This document shows positions 28,912 to 44,303 of a DNA stretch of 64,000 nt, piece by piece (position 1 is the stretch's first letter; each line of letters starts with the position of its first letter). Under the pieces are notes generated by a model. That model was given only the letters and a program-made list of their open reading frames with translations, was not told the DNA's origin and did not search any database. A program made the position numbers and the translations under genes. The stretch lies in assembly GCF_030013205.1 (NCBI RefSeq), contig NZ_CP122648.1; one strand, written 5' to 3'. The DNA comes from Escherichia coli (lineage in GTDB: Bacteria > Pseudomonadota > Gammaproteobacteria > Enterobacterales > Enterobacteriaceae).

Positions 28912-30513
28912 TTACGCTAACAGGCGGTAGCCTGGCAGGGTCAGGAAATCAATTAACTCATCGGAAGTGGTGATCTGTTCCATCAAGCGTGCGGCATCGT
29001 CAAAACGCCCCTGGGAGAAACGTTCTTCGCCCAGTTCGCTGGCAATGACTTTCATCTCTTCGCCCAGCATCTGGCGGAACAAGGCTTTGGTCACCGGTTT
29101 GCCATTGCTCAACGTTTTTTGATGATGGATCCACTGCCAGATCGAGGTACGGGAAATTTCAGCCGTCGCCGCATCTTCCATCAGGCCATAAATCGGCACA
29201 CAGCCGTTGCCAGAGATCCATGCTTCGATGTACTGCACAGCCACGCGAATGTTGGCGCGCATACCTTCTTCGGTGCGTTCACCATCACAAGGTGCCAGCA
29301 GCTGATCGGCAGTAATCGGCGCGTCTTGTTCGCGCATCACTTCAAGCTGATTTTTACGGGAGCCGAGAATGTCGTTGAATACCGCCATTGCCGTATCCGC
29401 AAGGCCTGGGTGGGCAATCCATGTGCCATCGTGACCGTTATTAGCTTCCAGCGATTTATCCGCTTTTACTTTGTTGAGCACCTGGTTATTGCGCTCTTCA
29501 TCTTTGCTCGGAATAAATGCCGCCATACCGCCCATCGCAAAAGCACCGCGTTTATGGCAGGTTTTAATCAACAGGCGTGAGTAAGCATTCAGGAAGGGTT
29601 TATCCATCGTCACTGCCTGTCTATCTGGCAGGACGCGATCGGGATAGTTTTTCAATGTTTTGATATAGCTGAAGATGTAATCCCAACGACCGCAGTTCAG
29701 ACCAACAATATGGTCACGCAGCGCGTGAAGGATTTCATCCATCTGGAACACGGCGGGCAGCGTTTCAATCAGCAACGTCGCCTTGATGGTGCCGCGCGGC
29801 AGATTAAAGCGATCTTCTGCATAGCTGAAGACTTCGCTCCACCAGGCCGCTTCCTGCCAGGACTGGGTTTTCGGCAGATAGAAATAGGGACCACTGCCCT
29901 TTGCCAACAGTGCCTGATAGTTGTGGAAGAAATAGAGCGCAAAATCAAACAGGCTACCGGGGATTGCCTCACCACGCCAGGTGACATGTTTTTCCGGCAA
30001 GTGCAGACCGCGTACCCGACAAATCAACACCGCTGGATTGGGCTTGAGCTGATAAATTTTGCCTGCTTCATTGGTATAGCTGATGGTGCCGTTAACCGCA
30101 TCGCGCAGGTTAATTTGCCCGTCGATCACTTTGCTCCAGTCCGGGGCCAGTGAATCTTCGAAATCGGCCATAAAGACTTTCACATTGGCGTTGAGCGCGT
30201 TGATCACCATCTTGCGCTCAACCGGGCCGGTAATCTCTACCCGACGATCTTCTAAGTCCGCAGGAATCCCGCGAATTTTCCAGTCAACATCACGAATGGA
30301 AGCTGTTTCCGAAATAAAATCAGGCAACGTTCCGTTATCGATATCCTGCTGCTGCTGAATGCGCGCTGCCAGAAGTTTATTGCGTTGCGGCGTAAAATGC
30401 GTCACCAGCTCAGTCAGAAATTCTACCGCTTCGGCAGTAAGAATTTGCTTCTCCTGCTCGCCATACGGCCTTGTGAAAGCCAGTTCATCGGTTGTTGTTG
30501 CCTGTTCACTCAT
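28912..30513 (-). CDS. aceB: Malate synthase A
   Basis: ORF 28912-30531; start at [13 protein letters not shown]; about 533 aa; malate synthase family. Confidence 0.9.
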   Translation of the reverse strand: MSEQATTTDELAFTRPYGEQEKQILTAEAVEFLTELVTHFTPQRNKLLAARIQQQQDIDNGTLPDFISETASIRDVDWKIRGIPADLEDRRVEITGPVERKMVINALNANVKVFMADFEDSLAPDWSKVIDGQINLRDAVNGTISYTNEAGKIYQLKPNPAVLICRVRGLHLPEKHVTWRGEAIPGSLFDFALYFFHNYQALLAKGSGPYFYLPKTQSWQEAAWWSEVFSYAEDRFNLPRGTIKATLLIETLPAVFQMDEILHALRDHIVGLNCGRWDYIFSYIKTLKNYPDRVLPDRQAVTMDKPFLNAYSRLLIKTCHKRGAFAMGGMAAFIPSKDEERNNQVLNKVKADKSLEANNGHDGTWIAHPGLADTAMAVFNDILGSRKNQLEVMREQDAPITADQLLAPCDGERTEEGMRANIRVAVQYIEAWISGNGCVPIYGLMEDAATAEISRTSIWQWIHHQKTLSNGKPVTKALFRQMLGEEMKVIASELGEERFSQGRFDDAARLMEQITTSDELIDFLTLPGYRLLA

Positions 30514-30600
30514 CGTGCAGCTCCTCGTCATGGATCCGAAAACTTCCCCACTGTGAACGAAGGATCGTTGTGCGCTTTTCGTTCAGCACAACTAAGACTA

Positions 30601-30640
30601 CTCATTTAAAATGCAAAATCAAAAACAATTTCCATTTTAA
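30601..30640 (-). promoter_or_regulatory. aceB promoter region with IclR operator
   Basis: Minus-strand AAATGGAAATTGTTTTTGATTTTGCAT resembles the IclR box (TGGAAAT-N-ATTTCCA) upstream of aceB. Confidence 0.45.
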
Positions 30641-30781
30641 TTAAAAATACTTGATAACTTATTGATAACAATATGAATAAAATTTATTCACCTGCTGAGG
30701 TGTGTTTCGGAAATAAAAAAGGCACCCGAAGGTGCCTGAGGTAAAGTGCTGAATCGCTTAACGATCGACTATCACAGAAGA

Positions 30782-31711
30782 TTAATCCAGCGTTGGGTTC
30801 ATGTGCCGTAGATCGTATGGCGTGATCTGGTAGACGTAATAGTTGAGCCAGTTGGTAAACAGCAAATTACCGTGACTACGCCAGCTCGCTCGCGGTGTAT
30901 TTTGCGGATCATTATGCGGAAAATAGTTATACGGTACATCCGGGTCCAGTCCGGCTTCCACATCGCGGAAAAATTCCTGCGCCAGCGTTTGCGCATCATA
31001 TTCGGGATGGCCCGTCACAAAGGCAATGCGCTTATCTTTGCTGGCAAACAGATATGCATCCCCTTCTTCCGTCTCTGCCAGAATTTCCAGATCGGTATAA
31101 TCACGAATCAACGCTGCCGGAAAGTCAGCATAGCGCGAATGTGGTGCCAGGAATGAATCATCAAAGCCACGCGTCAGAAGCGCATGAGGATGGAGAATAT
31201 GATGCTCGTAAACGCCAGAGAGTTTGTCGGTGCGGGTTTGCTTAGGAATGCCGTAGAGGATATTGAGCGCGGCCTGGACCGCCCAACAGACAAACAGCGT
31301 CGAGGTGACGTGATCTTTCGACCACTCCAGCACCTGTTTGATCTGCGGCCAGTAAGCGACATCATTAAACTCCACCAGGCCCAGCGGCGCGCCGGTAACT
31401 ATCAGACCGTCAAAGTTTTGTTCCTGAATATCTTCAAAGTCACAGTAGAAGTTATTCAGATGCTCTGCGGGCGTGTTGCGCGATTCACGGGAATCGATGC
31501 GCAACAGCTGAATATCGACCTGCAAAGGTGAGTTTGAAAGCAGGCGCAGAAACTGATTTTCAGTTTCGATCTTCTTCGGCATCAGGTTAAGGATAAGCAC
31601 CTTTAGCGGACGAATTTCCTGACCAGACGCGCGAGAAGTTGTCATCACAAAGACGTTTTCTTCACGCAAGAAATTGACGGCGGGTAGCTCGTCCGGCACA
31701 CGAATCGGCAT
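30782..31711 (-). CDS. metA: Homoserine O-succinyltransferase
   Basis: 309-aa [31 protein letters not shown]... Confidence 0.95.
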   Translation of the reverse strand: MPIRVPDELPAVNFLREENVFVMTTSRASGQEIRPLKVLILNLMPKKIETENQFLRLLSNSPLQVDIQLLRIDSRESRNTPAEHLNNFYCDFEDIQEQNFDGLIVTGAPLGLVEFNDVAYWPQIKQVLEWSKDHVTSTLFVCWAVQAALNILYGIPKQTRTDKLSGVYEHHILHPHALLTRGFDDSFLAPHSRYADFPAALIRDYTDLEILAETEEGDAYLFASKDKRIAFVTGHPEYDAQTLAQEFFRDVEAGLDPDVPYNYFPHNDPQNTPRASWRSHGNLLFTNWLNYYVYQITPYDLRHMNPTLD

Positions 31712-31867
31712 AACCTGATTACCTCACTACATACGCTTATACGTTTAGACATCCAGATAGCTGAAGATAACCAGAAAATTTGCCAATGTCGAGCCTGCAT
31801 GTTGAAGGTGAGAAAGTTTCAAGGAAAAGGCTACGTTAGAATATAAGAATGACGAAAAGGAGAGAAA
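31712..31867. promoter_or_regulatory. Divergent metA / yjaB promoter region (MetJ-box-like AGAC repeats)
   Basis: Intergenic position; ttagacatccagatag shows degenerate met-box repeats. Confidence 0.35.
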
Positions 31868-32311
31868 ATGGTTATTAGTATTCGCCGCTCACGGCATGAG
31901 GAAGGGGAGGAACTGGTTGCGATTTGGTGCCGTTCTGTCGATGCCACTCACGATTTTTTATCAGCAGAGTATCGGGCCGAGCTGGAAGAGCTGGTGCGTT
32001 CCTTTCTGCCGGAAGCACCGTTGTGGGTCGCGGTTAATGAGCGGGATCGGCCGGTTGGGTTTATGTTGTTAAGTGGGCAGCATATGGATGCGCTGTTTAT
32101 CGATCCTGATGTGCGCGGCTGCGGCGTGGGTCGGATGCTGGTGGAACATGCGCTCTCGATGGCACCGGAACTGACAACCAATGTTAATGAGCAAAATAAG
32201 CAGGCTGTTGGGTTCTATAAGAAGATGGGTTTTAAGGTTACGGGACGCTCTGAGGTGGACGATTTGGGGAAACCGTATCCGTTGCTGAATCTGGCGTATG
32301 TGGGGGAATAA
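31868..32311 (+). CDS. yjaB: GNAT-family N-acetyltransferase
   Basis: 147-aa ORF with acetyl-CoA binding motif (RGCGVGRMLVEHAL). Confidence 0.85.
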   Translation: MVISIRRSRHEEGEELVAIWCRSVDATHDFLSAEYRAELEELVRSFLPEAPLWVAVNERDRPVGFMLLSGQHMDALFIDPDVRGCGVGRMLVEHALSMAPELTTNVNEQNKQAVGFYKKMGFKVTGRSEVDDLGKPYPLLNLAYVGE

Positions 32312-32384
32312 GCTGCCCCTGCCGTGCCTGCCCAGGCTGGAGAAGACGCGCCAGCGTCGCACCCGGCATTTTTTTCACCAACGC

Positions 32385-32413
32385 AAAAAAGGCCATCCTG
32401 ACGGATGGCCTTT
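32385..32413 (-). terminator. rrn operon terminator (T1-like)
   Basis: Minus-strand hairpin aaaggccatccgtcaggatggcc followed by a U-run, 3' of the 5S gene. Confidence 0.7.
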
Positions 32414-32424
32414 CGCTTAATTTG

Positions 32425-32544
32425 ATGCCTGGCAGTTCCCTACTCTCGCATGGGGAGACCCCACACTACCATCGGCGCTACGGCGTTTCACTTCTGAGTT
32501 CGGCATGGGGTCAGGTGGGACCACCGCGCTAAGGCCGCCAGGCA
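32425..32544 (-). rRNA. rrfE: 5S ribosomal RNA
   Basis: 120 nt matching the enterobacterial 5S sequence (minus strand TGCCTGGCGGCC...GGGAACTGCCAGGCAT). Confidence 0.95.
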
Positions 32545-32637
32545 AATTCTGTTTCATCAGACCGCTTCTGCGTTCTGATTTAATCTGTATCAGGCTGAAA
32601 ATCTTTCTCTCATCCGCCAAAACATCTTCGGCGTTGT

Positions 32638-35541
<2,904 letters not shown>

Positions 35542-35734
35542 TCACAACCCGAAGATGTTTCTTTCGATTCATCATCGTGTTGCGAAAATTTGAGAGACTC
35601 ACGAACAACTTTCGTTGTTCAGTGTTTCAATTTTCAGCTTGATCCAGATTTTTAAAGAGCAAATATCTCAAACATCACCCGAAGATGAGTTTTGAGATAT
35701 CAAGGCAGGTGACTTTCACTCACAAACCAGCAAG

Positions 35735-35810
35735 TGGCGTCCCCTAGGGGATTCGAACCCCTGTTACCGCCGTGAAAGGGCGGTGTCCTGGGCCTCTAGA
35801 CGAAGGGGAC
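35735..35810 (-). tRNA. gltV: tRNA-Glu (UUC) in the 16S-23S spacer
   Basis: Minus strand GTCCCCTTCGTCTAGAGGCCCAGGACACCGCCCTTTCACGGCGGTAACAGGGGTTCGAATCCCCTAGGGGACGCCA. Confidence 0.95.
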
Positions 35811-35895
35811 GTGTCAGTCTGCTTCGCAAGACGCCTTGCTTTTCACTTTCTATCAGACAATCTGTGTGAGCACTTCAAAGAACGCTTCTTTAAGG

Positions 35896-37437
<1,542 letters not shown>

Positions 37438-37599
37438 AAAAGTTTGATGCTCAAAGAATTAAACTTCGTAATGAATTACGTGTTCACTCTTGAGACTTGG
37501 TATTCATTTTTCGTCTTGCGACGTTAAGAATCCGTATCTTCGAGTGCCCACACAGATTGTCTGATAAATTGTTAAAGAGCAGTTGCGACGCGGCTTTCA

Positions 37600-37770
37600 G
37601 CTCACTGTCGCGAGGTGGCGTATATTACGCTTTCCTCTTTCAGAGTCAACCCTGAATTTCAGGATTTTTCTCTTCAACCGAACCGGCTGTTTGTGTGAAG
37701 TGATTCACATCCGCCGTGTCGATGGAGGCGCATTATAGGGAGTTCTCCGCAGGCCGCAATAGAAAAATTG
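37600..37770 (-). promoter_or_regulatory. rrn tandem promoters P1 and P2
   Basis: P2 TTGACT-N17-TAATAT (minus strand, around 37612-37639); P1 TTGCGG-N16-TATAAT (around 37732-37759) with GC-rich discriminator. Confidence 0.7.
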
Positions 37771-37932
37771 CAGAAAAATGACTGACTGCTGCATTCCCCA
37801 GCAAAACCCCGCTTTATACCTTTTTACGCACAGAGTTATCCACAATCATCAATGTAATTTCTGTATTTTTCCCACGGTAACCACTGTCAAAATTGTGATC
37901 ACCATTGAAAGAGAAAAATTCGCGAGCGTTGC

Positions 37933-37946
37933 GCAAACGTTTTCGT
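37933..37946 (+). promoter_or_regulatory. PurR operator (PUR box) for purHD
   Basis: GCAAACGTTTTCGT matches the PurR consensus, about 110 bp upstream of purH. Confidence 0.6.
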
Positions 37947-38053
37947 TACAATGCGGGCGAAAAATAAGGATGCCCCGTTAGGGGCGTTAGCTGAGTTTTT
38001 CGCGAAAAATTCAGCTAACGCTCTCTGTAATAGTCAAATCCAGGGGATTTACC

Positions 38054-39643
38054 ATGCAACAACGTCGTCCAGTCCGCCGCGCTCTGCTCAGTGTTTCTGA
38101 CAAAGCCGGTATCGTCGAATTCGCCCAGGCACTTTCCGCACGCGGTGTGGAGCTGCTGTCTACAGGGGGCACTGCCCGTCTGTTAGCAGAAAAAGGTCTG
38201 CCGGTAACCGAAGTTTCCGATTACACCGGTTTCCCGGAGATGATGGATGGACGCGTGAAGACCCTGCATCCGAAAGTACATGGTGGCATTCTGGGTCGTC
38301 GCGGCCAGGACGATGCCATTATGGAAGAACATCAGATCCAGCCTATCGATATGGTGGTTGTTAACCTGTATCCGTTCGCCCAGACCGTTGCCCGTGAAGG
38401 TTGCTCGCTGGAAGATGCGGTTGAGAACATCGATATCGGCGGCCCAACGATGGTGCGCTCTGCCGCCAAGAACCATAAAGATGTCGCAATCGTGGTGAAG
38501 AGCAGCGACTACGACGCCATTATTAAAGAGATAGATGCCAATGAAGGCTCCCTGACTCTGGAAACTCGCTTTGACCTTGCCATTAAAGCCTTCGAACACA
38601 CCGCCGCCTACGACAGCATGATTGCCAACTACTTCGGCAGCATGGTTCCGGCTTACCACGGTGAAAGCAAAGAAGCCGCCGGTCGCTTCCCACGCACGCT
38701 GAACCTGAACTTCATTAAGAAGCAGGATATGCGTTACGGCGAGAACAGCCACCAGCAGGCTGCCTTCTATATAGAAGAGAATGTGAAAGAAGCCTCCGTT
38801 GCTACCGCAACCCAGGTTCAGGGTAAAGCCCTCTCTTATAACAACATCGCCGATACCGATGCGGCGCTGGAGTGCGTGAAAGAGTTCGCCGAGCCGGCAT
38901 GTGTGATTGTGAAGCACGCCAACCCTTGCGGCGTGGCTATCGGCAATTCCATTCTTGATGCTTACGATCGCGCGTACAAAACCGACCCGACCTCCGCATT
39001 CGGCGGCATTATCGCCTTTAACCGCGAGCTGGATGCGGAAACCGCGCAGGCCATCATTTCTCGTCAGTTTGTTGAAGTGATTATTGCGCCGTCCGCCAGC
39101 GAAGAAGCTCTGAAAATCACCGCCGCCAAACAGAACGTACGCGTCCTGACCTGCGGTCAGTGGGGCGAGCGTGTTCCGGGTCTTGATTTCAAACGTGTTA
39201 ACGGCGGTCTGCTGGTTCAGGATCGCGATCTGGGCATGGTCGGTGCAGAAGAACTGCGCGTCGTCACCAAACGTCAGCCGACCGAACAGGAACTGCGTGA
39301 TGCGCTGTTCTGCTGGAAAGTGGCGAAGTTCGTGAAATCCAACGCCATTGTCTATGCCAAAAACAATATGACCATCGGTATTGGCGCGGGCCAGATGAGC
39401 CGCGTGTACTCCGCAAAAATCGCCGGTATTAAAGCGGCCGATGAAGGCCTGGAAGTGAAAGGTTCCTCGATGGCTTCTGACGCGTTCTTCCCGTTCCGCG
39501 ACGGTATTGATGCCGCCGCCGCTGCGGGCGTGACCTGCGTAATCCAGCCTGGCGGTTCTATCCGTGATGACGAAGTGATTGCCGCCGCCGACGAGCACGG
39601 TATTGCGATGCTCTTCACCGACATGCGCCATTTCCGCCATTAA
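38054..39643 (+). CDS. purH: Bifunctional AICAR transformylase / IMP cyclohydrolase
   Basis: 529-aa [30 protein letters not shown]... Confidence 0.95.
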   Translation: MQQRRPVRRALLSVSDKAGIVEFAQALSARGVELLSTGGTARLLAEKGLPVTEVSDYTGFPEMMDGRVKTLHPKVHGGILGRRGQDDAIMEEHQIQPIDMVVVNLYPFAQTVAREGCSLEDAVENIDIGGPTMVRSAAKNHKDVAIVVKSSDYDAIIKEIDANEGSLTLETRFDLAIKAFEHTAAYDSMIANYFGSMVPAYHGESKEAAGRFPRTLNLNFIKKQDMRYGENSHQQAAFYIEENVKEASVATATQVQGKALSYNNIADTDAALECVKEFAEPACVIVKHANPCGVAIGNSILDAYDRAYKTDPTSAFGGIIAFNRELDAETAQAIISRQFVEVIIAPSASEEALKITAAKQNVRVLTCGQWGERVPGLDFKRVNGGLLVQDRDLGMVGAEELRVVTKRQPTEQELRDALFCWKVAKFVKSNAIVYAKNNMTIGIGAGQMSRVYSAKIAGIKAADEGLEVKGSSMASDAFFPFRDGIDAAAAAGVTCVIQPGGSIRDDEVIAAADEHGIAMLFTDMRHFRH

Positions 39644-39654
39644 TGGAGCGACAG

Positions 39655-40944
39655 ATGAAAGTATTAGTGATTGGTAACGGCGGGCGCGAGCACGCGCTGG
39701 CCTGGAAAGCGGCCCAGTCGCCGCTGGTTGAAACTGTTTTTGTTGCTCCGGGTAATGCAGGCACTGCGCTGGAACCCACACTGCAAAACGTCGCTATCGG
39801 CGTAACCGATATCCCGGCGCTGCTGGATTTCGCGCAAAACGAAAAGATCGATCTGACCATCGTCGGCCCGGAAGCGCCGCTGGTGAAAGGCGTGGTGGAT
39901 ACCTTCCGCGCCGCCGGGCTGAAAATCTTCGGCCCAACCGCAGGTGCCGCGCAGCTGGAAGGCTCGAAAGCGTTTACCAAGGATTTCCTGGCCCGCCATA
40001 ACATTCCTACGGCGGAATACCAGAACTTCACCGAGGTAGAACCTGCGCTGGCGTATCTGCGTGAGAAGGGCGCGCCAATCGTCATTAAAGCTGACGGTCT
40101 GGCTGCCGGGAAAGGCGTTATCGTCGCGATGACGCTGGAAGAAGCCGAAGCGGCTGTTCACGATATGCTGGCGGGCAACGCTTTTGGCGACGCGGGGCAT
40201 CGCATTGTTATCGAAGAGTTCCTCGACGGCGAAGAAGCGAGCTTTATCGTGATGGTGGACGGCGAGCATGTGCTGCCGATGGCCACCAGTCAGGACCACA
40301 AACGCGTGGGTGATAAAGATACCGGACCGAACACCGGCGGGATGGGGGCTTACTCCCCTGCGCCAGTGGTGACCGATGAGGTTCATCAGCGCACCATGAA
40401 ACGTATCATCTGGCCAACCGTGAAAGGTATGGCAGCGGAAGGCAACACCTACACCGGTTTTCTCTACGCGGGCCTGATGATCGACAAACAGGGCAATCCG
40501 AAGGTTATCGAATTTAACTGCCGCTTTGGCGATCCGGAAACCCAGCCGATTATGCTGCGCATGAAGTCCGATCTGGTTGAGCTCTGCCTGGCAGCCTGTG
40601 AAGGTACGCTTGACGAGAAAACGTCCGAGTGGGATGAACGCGCTTCTCTCGGCGTGGTGATGGCTGCGGGTGGATATCCGGGGGATTACCGCACCGGTGA
40701 CGTGATCCACGGCATGCCACTGGAAGAAGTGGCAGGCGGCAAAGTGTTCCACGCGGGCACAAAACTGGCGGATGACGAGCAGGTAGTGACCAGCGGCGGG
40801 CGCGTACTGTGCGTCACCGCGCTGGGTCATACCGTGGCAGAAGCGCAGAAACGCGCTTATGCCTTAATGACCGATATCCATTGGGACGACTGCTTCTGCC
40901 GGAAAGATATCGGCTGGCGCGCTATCGAACGCGAGCAGAACTAA
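39655..40944 (+). CDS. purD: Phosphoribosylamine-glycine ligase (GAR synthetase)
   Basis: ORF 39643-40944; start at MKVLVIGNGGREHALAWK; 429 aa; ATP-grasp family. Confidence 0.95.
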   Translation: MKVLVIGNGGREHALAWKAAQSPLVETVFVAPGNAGTALEPTLQNVAIGVTDIPALLDFAQNEKIDLTIVGPEAPLVKGVVDTFRAAGLKIFGPTAGAAQLEGSKAFTKDFLARHNIPTAEYQNFTEVEPALAYLREKGAPIVIKADGLAAGKGVIVAMTLEEAEAAVHDMLAGNAFGDAGHRIVIEEFLDGEEASFIVMVDGEHVLPMATSQDHKRVGDKDTGPNTGGMGAYSPAPVVTDEVHQRTMKRIIWPTVKGMAAEGNTYTGFLYAGLMIDKQGNPKVIEFNCRFGDPETQPIMLRMKSDLVELCLAACEGTLDEKTSEWDERASLGVVMAAGGYPGDYRTGDVIHGMPLEEVAGGKVFHAGTKLADDEQVVTSGGRVLCVTALGHTVAEAQKRAYALMTDIHWDDCFCRKDIGWRAIEREQN

Positions 40945-42266
40945 CGCGACAGTTTTGCCAATAGCGTTTTACGCGTGATCCCTAACTGACGGGCGGCTTC
41001 GGTTTTGTTGCCGCCCGTTTTCTCCAGTGCCGCCAGAATCACCTCTTTTTCCACTTCCACCAGCGGCTGAATATCCTGACTTTGCCCCAGCGGGATCGGC
41101 GTACCGGCAATCGCCAGCGGCAGCTCGCGTTCGGAAATATATTCCCCGGTCAGCAGCACCACTGCCCGTTCCACCGCGTTTTCCAGTTCACGAATGTTTC
41201 CCGGCCAGTCGTAATGAATCAACAGATCCATCGCCTGGGGCGTAAAACCTTTTACCGCCTTGCGATTACGCTCGGCAAAGCGCTGAAGAAAATGGTTTGC
41301 CAGCAGAGGAATATCTTCCCGCCGTTGCCGCAGCGACGGTACTTCAATCGCCACCACGTTCAGGCGATAGTAGAGATCCTGGCGAAAACGCCCGGCATTC
41401 ACCTCTGCGGCAAGATCGCGATGGGTCGCCGCAATCAGCCGGACATCAACCGAGATGGTCTGGTTGCTGCCGACACGCTGAACTTCGCGCTCCTGAATCG
41501 CACGTAGCAGACGCACCTGCATCATCGGCGAGATATCGCCAATTTCATCGAGAAACAACGTGCCGCCATCCGCCTCAACAAAGCGCCCTTCCCGGCGTTT
41601 ATCAGCTCCAGTAAACGCCCCTTTTTCGTGACCGAACAATTCAGATTCCAGCAAGGATTCGTTGAGTGCCGCACAGTTGAGCGTTACCAGTGGTTTTTCA
41701 CTCCGTGCGCTACTGGCGTGAATCGCCCTGGCGACCAGCTCTTTACCGGTGCCGGAATCGCCGTGGATCAGTACCGTGGCTTCCGATGGCGCGACGAGAG
41801 TGATTTCACTGAGCAGGTGTTGCATCGCCGGACTTTTACCGACCATCCCGAACTGGCTGGCAGACACCGCAGGCGTTTCAGCGTCAACACTGTGCGTATG
41901 CGCGAGCGCCTTTTCCAGCGTTGCCTGCAGGTTATCGAAATCCAGCGGCTTGATGAGATAATCCAGCGCCCCGGTTTTCAGTGCTTCTACCGCCGTCTCG
42001 ACGCTGGAGTACGCGGTCATAATCAGTACCGGAATCGCCGGATTTAACGCTTTGATCTCTTTCAGCGTGGCGATGCCGTCCATCTCCGCCATTCGCACAT
42101 CGCAAAGCACGAGATCAAAAACCTGTTCCCGCACCTGCTCCAGCGCCTGTCGCCCGCTGTTCGCCAGCGCGACGTTATAGCCCCAGCCGCGCAGCAAAGC
42201 CTGCAAAATAGTGCAGTGGCTAATGTCATCATCCACCACCAGAATATCGATATTATCGTGCGTCAT
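40941..42266 (-). CDS. zraR: Sigma-54-dependent response regulator ZraR
   Basis: 441-aa ORF; receiver domain, AAA+ sigma-54 activator domain (GESGTGKE-type Walker A, GAFTGA), C-terminal HTH. Confidence 0.9.
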   Translation of the reverse strand: MTHDNIDILVVDDDISHCTILQALLRGWGYNVALANSGRQALEQVREQVFDLVLCDVRMAEMDGIATLKEIKALNPAIPVLIMTAYSSVETAVEALKTGALDYLIKPLDFDNLQATLEKALAHTHSVDAETPAVSASQFGMVGKSPAMQHLLSEITLVAPSEATVLIHGDSGTGKELVARAIHASSARSEKPLVTLNCAALNESLLESELFGHEKGAFTGADKRREGRFVEADGGTLFLDEIGDISPMMQVRLLRAIQEREVQRVGSNQTISVDVRLIAATHRDLAAEVNAGRFRQDLYYRLNVVAIEVPSLRQRREDIPLLANHFLQRFAERNRKAVKGFTPQAMDLLIHYDWPGNIRELENAVERAVVLLTGEYISERELPLAIAGTPIPLGQSQDIQPLVEVEKEVILAALEKTGGNKTEAARQLGITRKTLLAKLSR

Positions 42267-43639
42267 CCTTGTGGGTCCTTACGCGTAATATTGACCGGAA
42301 GCCAGAGGGTGAACGTTGCGCCTTTTCCCTCCTGGCTTGCGACCTGAATTGTACCACCGTGTTGTTCAACAATATTATGCACGACCGCCAGCCCCAGTCC
42401 GGTACCTTCGGCTTTGGTGGTGAAGTACGGGGTGAAGATGGCTTCAAGCTGATCTGCCGCAATTCCCTTACCGCTGTCGGTAACGCTGATTTTCACGCCC
42501 GCGCCGCTTTCGCTGGCCGTCACGCTAATCACACCATGTTGACCAATCGCCTGAATAGCATTGAGATAGAGATTCAACAGGACCTGAGTCAGCCTGTCCG
42601 GATCGGCCTGAATTTCCGGTAATGTGTCGTTGGCGGTAAAGCGTAACTGGATCTCCCGGCAGTTTGCATCCTGGCTTACCAGCTGTAATGAGTGGTTAAT
42701 CAGCGTGTTGAGATCCACCGCCTGCAAAGCCAGATGCGTTGGCTTAACCAGTTCCAGCAACTCGCTTACCACGCGGTTTAAACGGTCGGCTTCTTTCGCC
42801 ATCACCTGCGCCAGTTGATGCGCTTCTCCCCCTGCTGGCGCGCGTTCGGCAAAGTATTTCGCCAGCCCTTTAATCGAGGAAAGTGGGTTACGGATTTCGT
42901 GGGCAACACCTGCCGCAAGATGCCCCAGCGCCACCAGCTTCTCTTTGCGCTTCATTTCATCCTGCAATAGCTGGCGCGAGCGCAGATAGCGACGATACCA
43001 GAAGAATGACAACACGGTTGCCAGCAAGACCGTCGCCAGGGCGAAGAGGATAATCAGGGTGTTTCTCTGCTCACGATCTTCGGCACTCACAATGTTACTG
43101 GCGTCGAAAGCAATGAAAATTGCTTGTGGTGTCGCGGCATATTGCTGCATATGGCGCATCCGGTGCATTCCAGCAGCAAACATCGGTTGAAACTGGCGAT
43201 AAATTTCCAGAACAGGCTCGCCGTCTGCGCTATCGATCCGCCGCCACGCTTCTTCATCTCCCGGATGTAACTGCTGCATTTCCTGCGGGGAATAAAGCTG
43301 TTTTCCCACCATGCCGGAGTTGCTATGCATCACGATTGTTCCTTGTTCATCCGTGACCGCAAACCAACGTACACCAGGCTGCCCGGCCATTTCTTCCAGT
43401 AATGCCTGCTGCTGCGCATGATGCATGCGCATTCCCATGCCGACGCGCGAGCCGGATTCGAGAGCACGGATAAGTACACTGCCTTTTTCCAGCAGCGTTT
43501 GTCTGGCGGCGGCAGTCTCGCGCCCATAATCGCGAATCACCGTCACCGCAAACAACCCTACCAGCCCAACAATGACCACGGGGAGGATCGCGCTTAACCA
43601 TTTAGCTAAGGAGTCTTTAGAACGTTGCATAAAACGCAT
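42263..43639 (-). CDS. zraS: Sensor histidine kinase ZraS
   Basis: 458-aa ORF with membrane N-terminus, H-box (HEIRNPL) and ATPase domain; true start may lie a few codons upstream at a non-ATG codon. Confidence 0.85.
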   Translation of the reverse strand: MRFMQRSKDSLAKWLSAILPVVIVGLVGLFAVTVIRDYGRETAAARQTLLEKGSVLIRALESGSRVGMGMRMHHAQQQALLEEMAGQPGVRWFAVTDEQGTIVMHSNSGMVGKQLYSPQEMQQLHPGDEEAWRRIDSADGEPVLEIYRQFQPMFAAGMHRMRHMQQYAATPQAIFIAFDASNIVSAEDREQRNTLIILFALATVLLATVLSFFWYRRYLRSRQLLQDEMKRKEKLVALGHLAAGVAHEIRNPLSSIKGLAKYFAERAPAGGEAHQLAQVMAKEADRLNRVVSELLELVKPTHLALQAVDLNTLINHSLQLVSQDANCREIQLRFTANDTLPEIQADPDRLTQVLLNLYLNAIQAIGQHGVISVTASESGAGVKISVTDSGKGIAADQLEAIFTPYFTTKAEGTGLGLAVVHNIVEQHGGTIQVASQEGKGATFTLWLPVNITRKDPQG

Positions 43640-43670
43640 CTTCTTCTTTGCCTGCTCATCCCTTTCTGAC

Positions 43671-43686
43671 AGCAGAAATCATGCCA
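43671..43686 (-). promoter_or_regulatory. Sigma-54 promoter for zraSR
   Basis: Minus-strand TGGCATGATTTCTGCT (GG at -24, GC at -12). Confidence 0.6.
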
Positions 43687-43737
43687 TCTTTTATCAGCGC
43701 TTACCCTGCGCTGTAACACAAAGGCTTAAGTTTCAAT

Positions 43738-43784
43738 GAGTAAAAATGACTCGCTACCCGCAGCAGGCGAGTCATTTTTACTCG
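43738..43784. promoter_or_regulatory. ZraR upstream activating palindrome between zraP and zraS
   Basis: Near-perfect inverted repeat GAGTAAAAATGACTCGC ... GCGAGTCATTTTTACTC between two divergent sigma-54 promoters. Confidence 0.6.
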
Positions 43785-43825
43785 CCTATTGCGTCAGATT
43801 GCCCGTCATATCAGCGTTTCGTCGT

Positions 43826-43841
43826 TGGCACGGAAGATGCA
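43826..43841 (+). promoter_or_regulatory. Sigma-54 promoter for zraP
   Basis: TGGCACGGAAGATGCA (-24 GG / -12 GC) about 35 bp upstream of the zraP ATG. Confidence 0.7.
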
Positions 43842-43876
43842 ATACCCGAAGTAAGACAACCACTGGAGGATTAACC

Positions 43877-44302
43877 ATGAAACGGAACACGAAAATTGCC
43901 CTGGTGATGATGGCGCTTTCAGCAATGACGATGGGATCGACATCTGCATTTGCTCACGGCGGACACGGTATGTGGCAGCAAAATGCCGCGCCTTTGACCA
44001 GCGAACAACAAACAGCGTGGCAGAAAATCCATAATGACTTTTACGCTCAAAGCAGCGCACTGCAACAGCAACTGGTGACGAAGCGTTATGAATACAATGC
44101 CCTGTTAGCCGCGAACCCACCGGATAGCAGCAAAATTAACGCGGTCGCCAAAGAGATGGAGAATTTGCGTCAGTCGTTAGATGAGTTACGGGTGAAACGA
44201 GATATTGCGATGGCTGAAGCGGGTATTCCGCGCGGTACCGGAATGGGAATGGGTTACGGCGGCTGCGGTGGTGGCGGTCATATGGGGATGGGCCACTGGT
44301 AA
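43877..44302 (+). CDS. zraP: Zinc-resistance-associated periplasmic protein ZraP
   Basis: ORF 43736-44302; start at MKRNTKIALVMMALSA (signal peptide) after GGAGG; 141 aa; Gly/Met/His-rich C-terminus. Confidence 0.9.
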   Translation: MKRNTKIALVMMALSAMTMGSTSAFAHGGHGMWQQNAAPLTSEQQTAWQKIHNDFYAQSSALQQQLVTKRYEYNALLAANPPDSSKINAVAKEMENLRQSLDELRVKRDIAMAEAGIPRGTGMGMGYGGCGGGGHMGMGHW

Positions 44303-44303
44303 A

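Noticed and set aside
32425-32544. Slight difference in the 5S rRNA 5' region (…GGCGGCCTTAGCGCGG… versus the form I remember)
   Set aside because: Within known variation among the seven rrn operons and possibly my imperfect recall; not evidence of anything unusual
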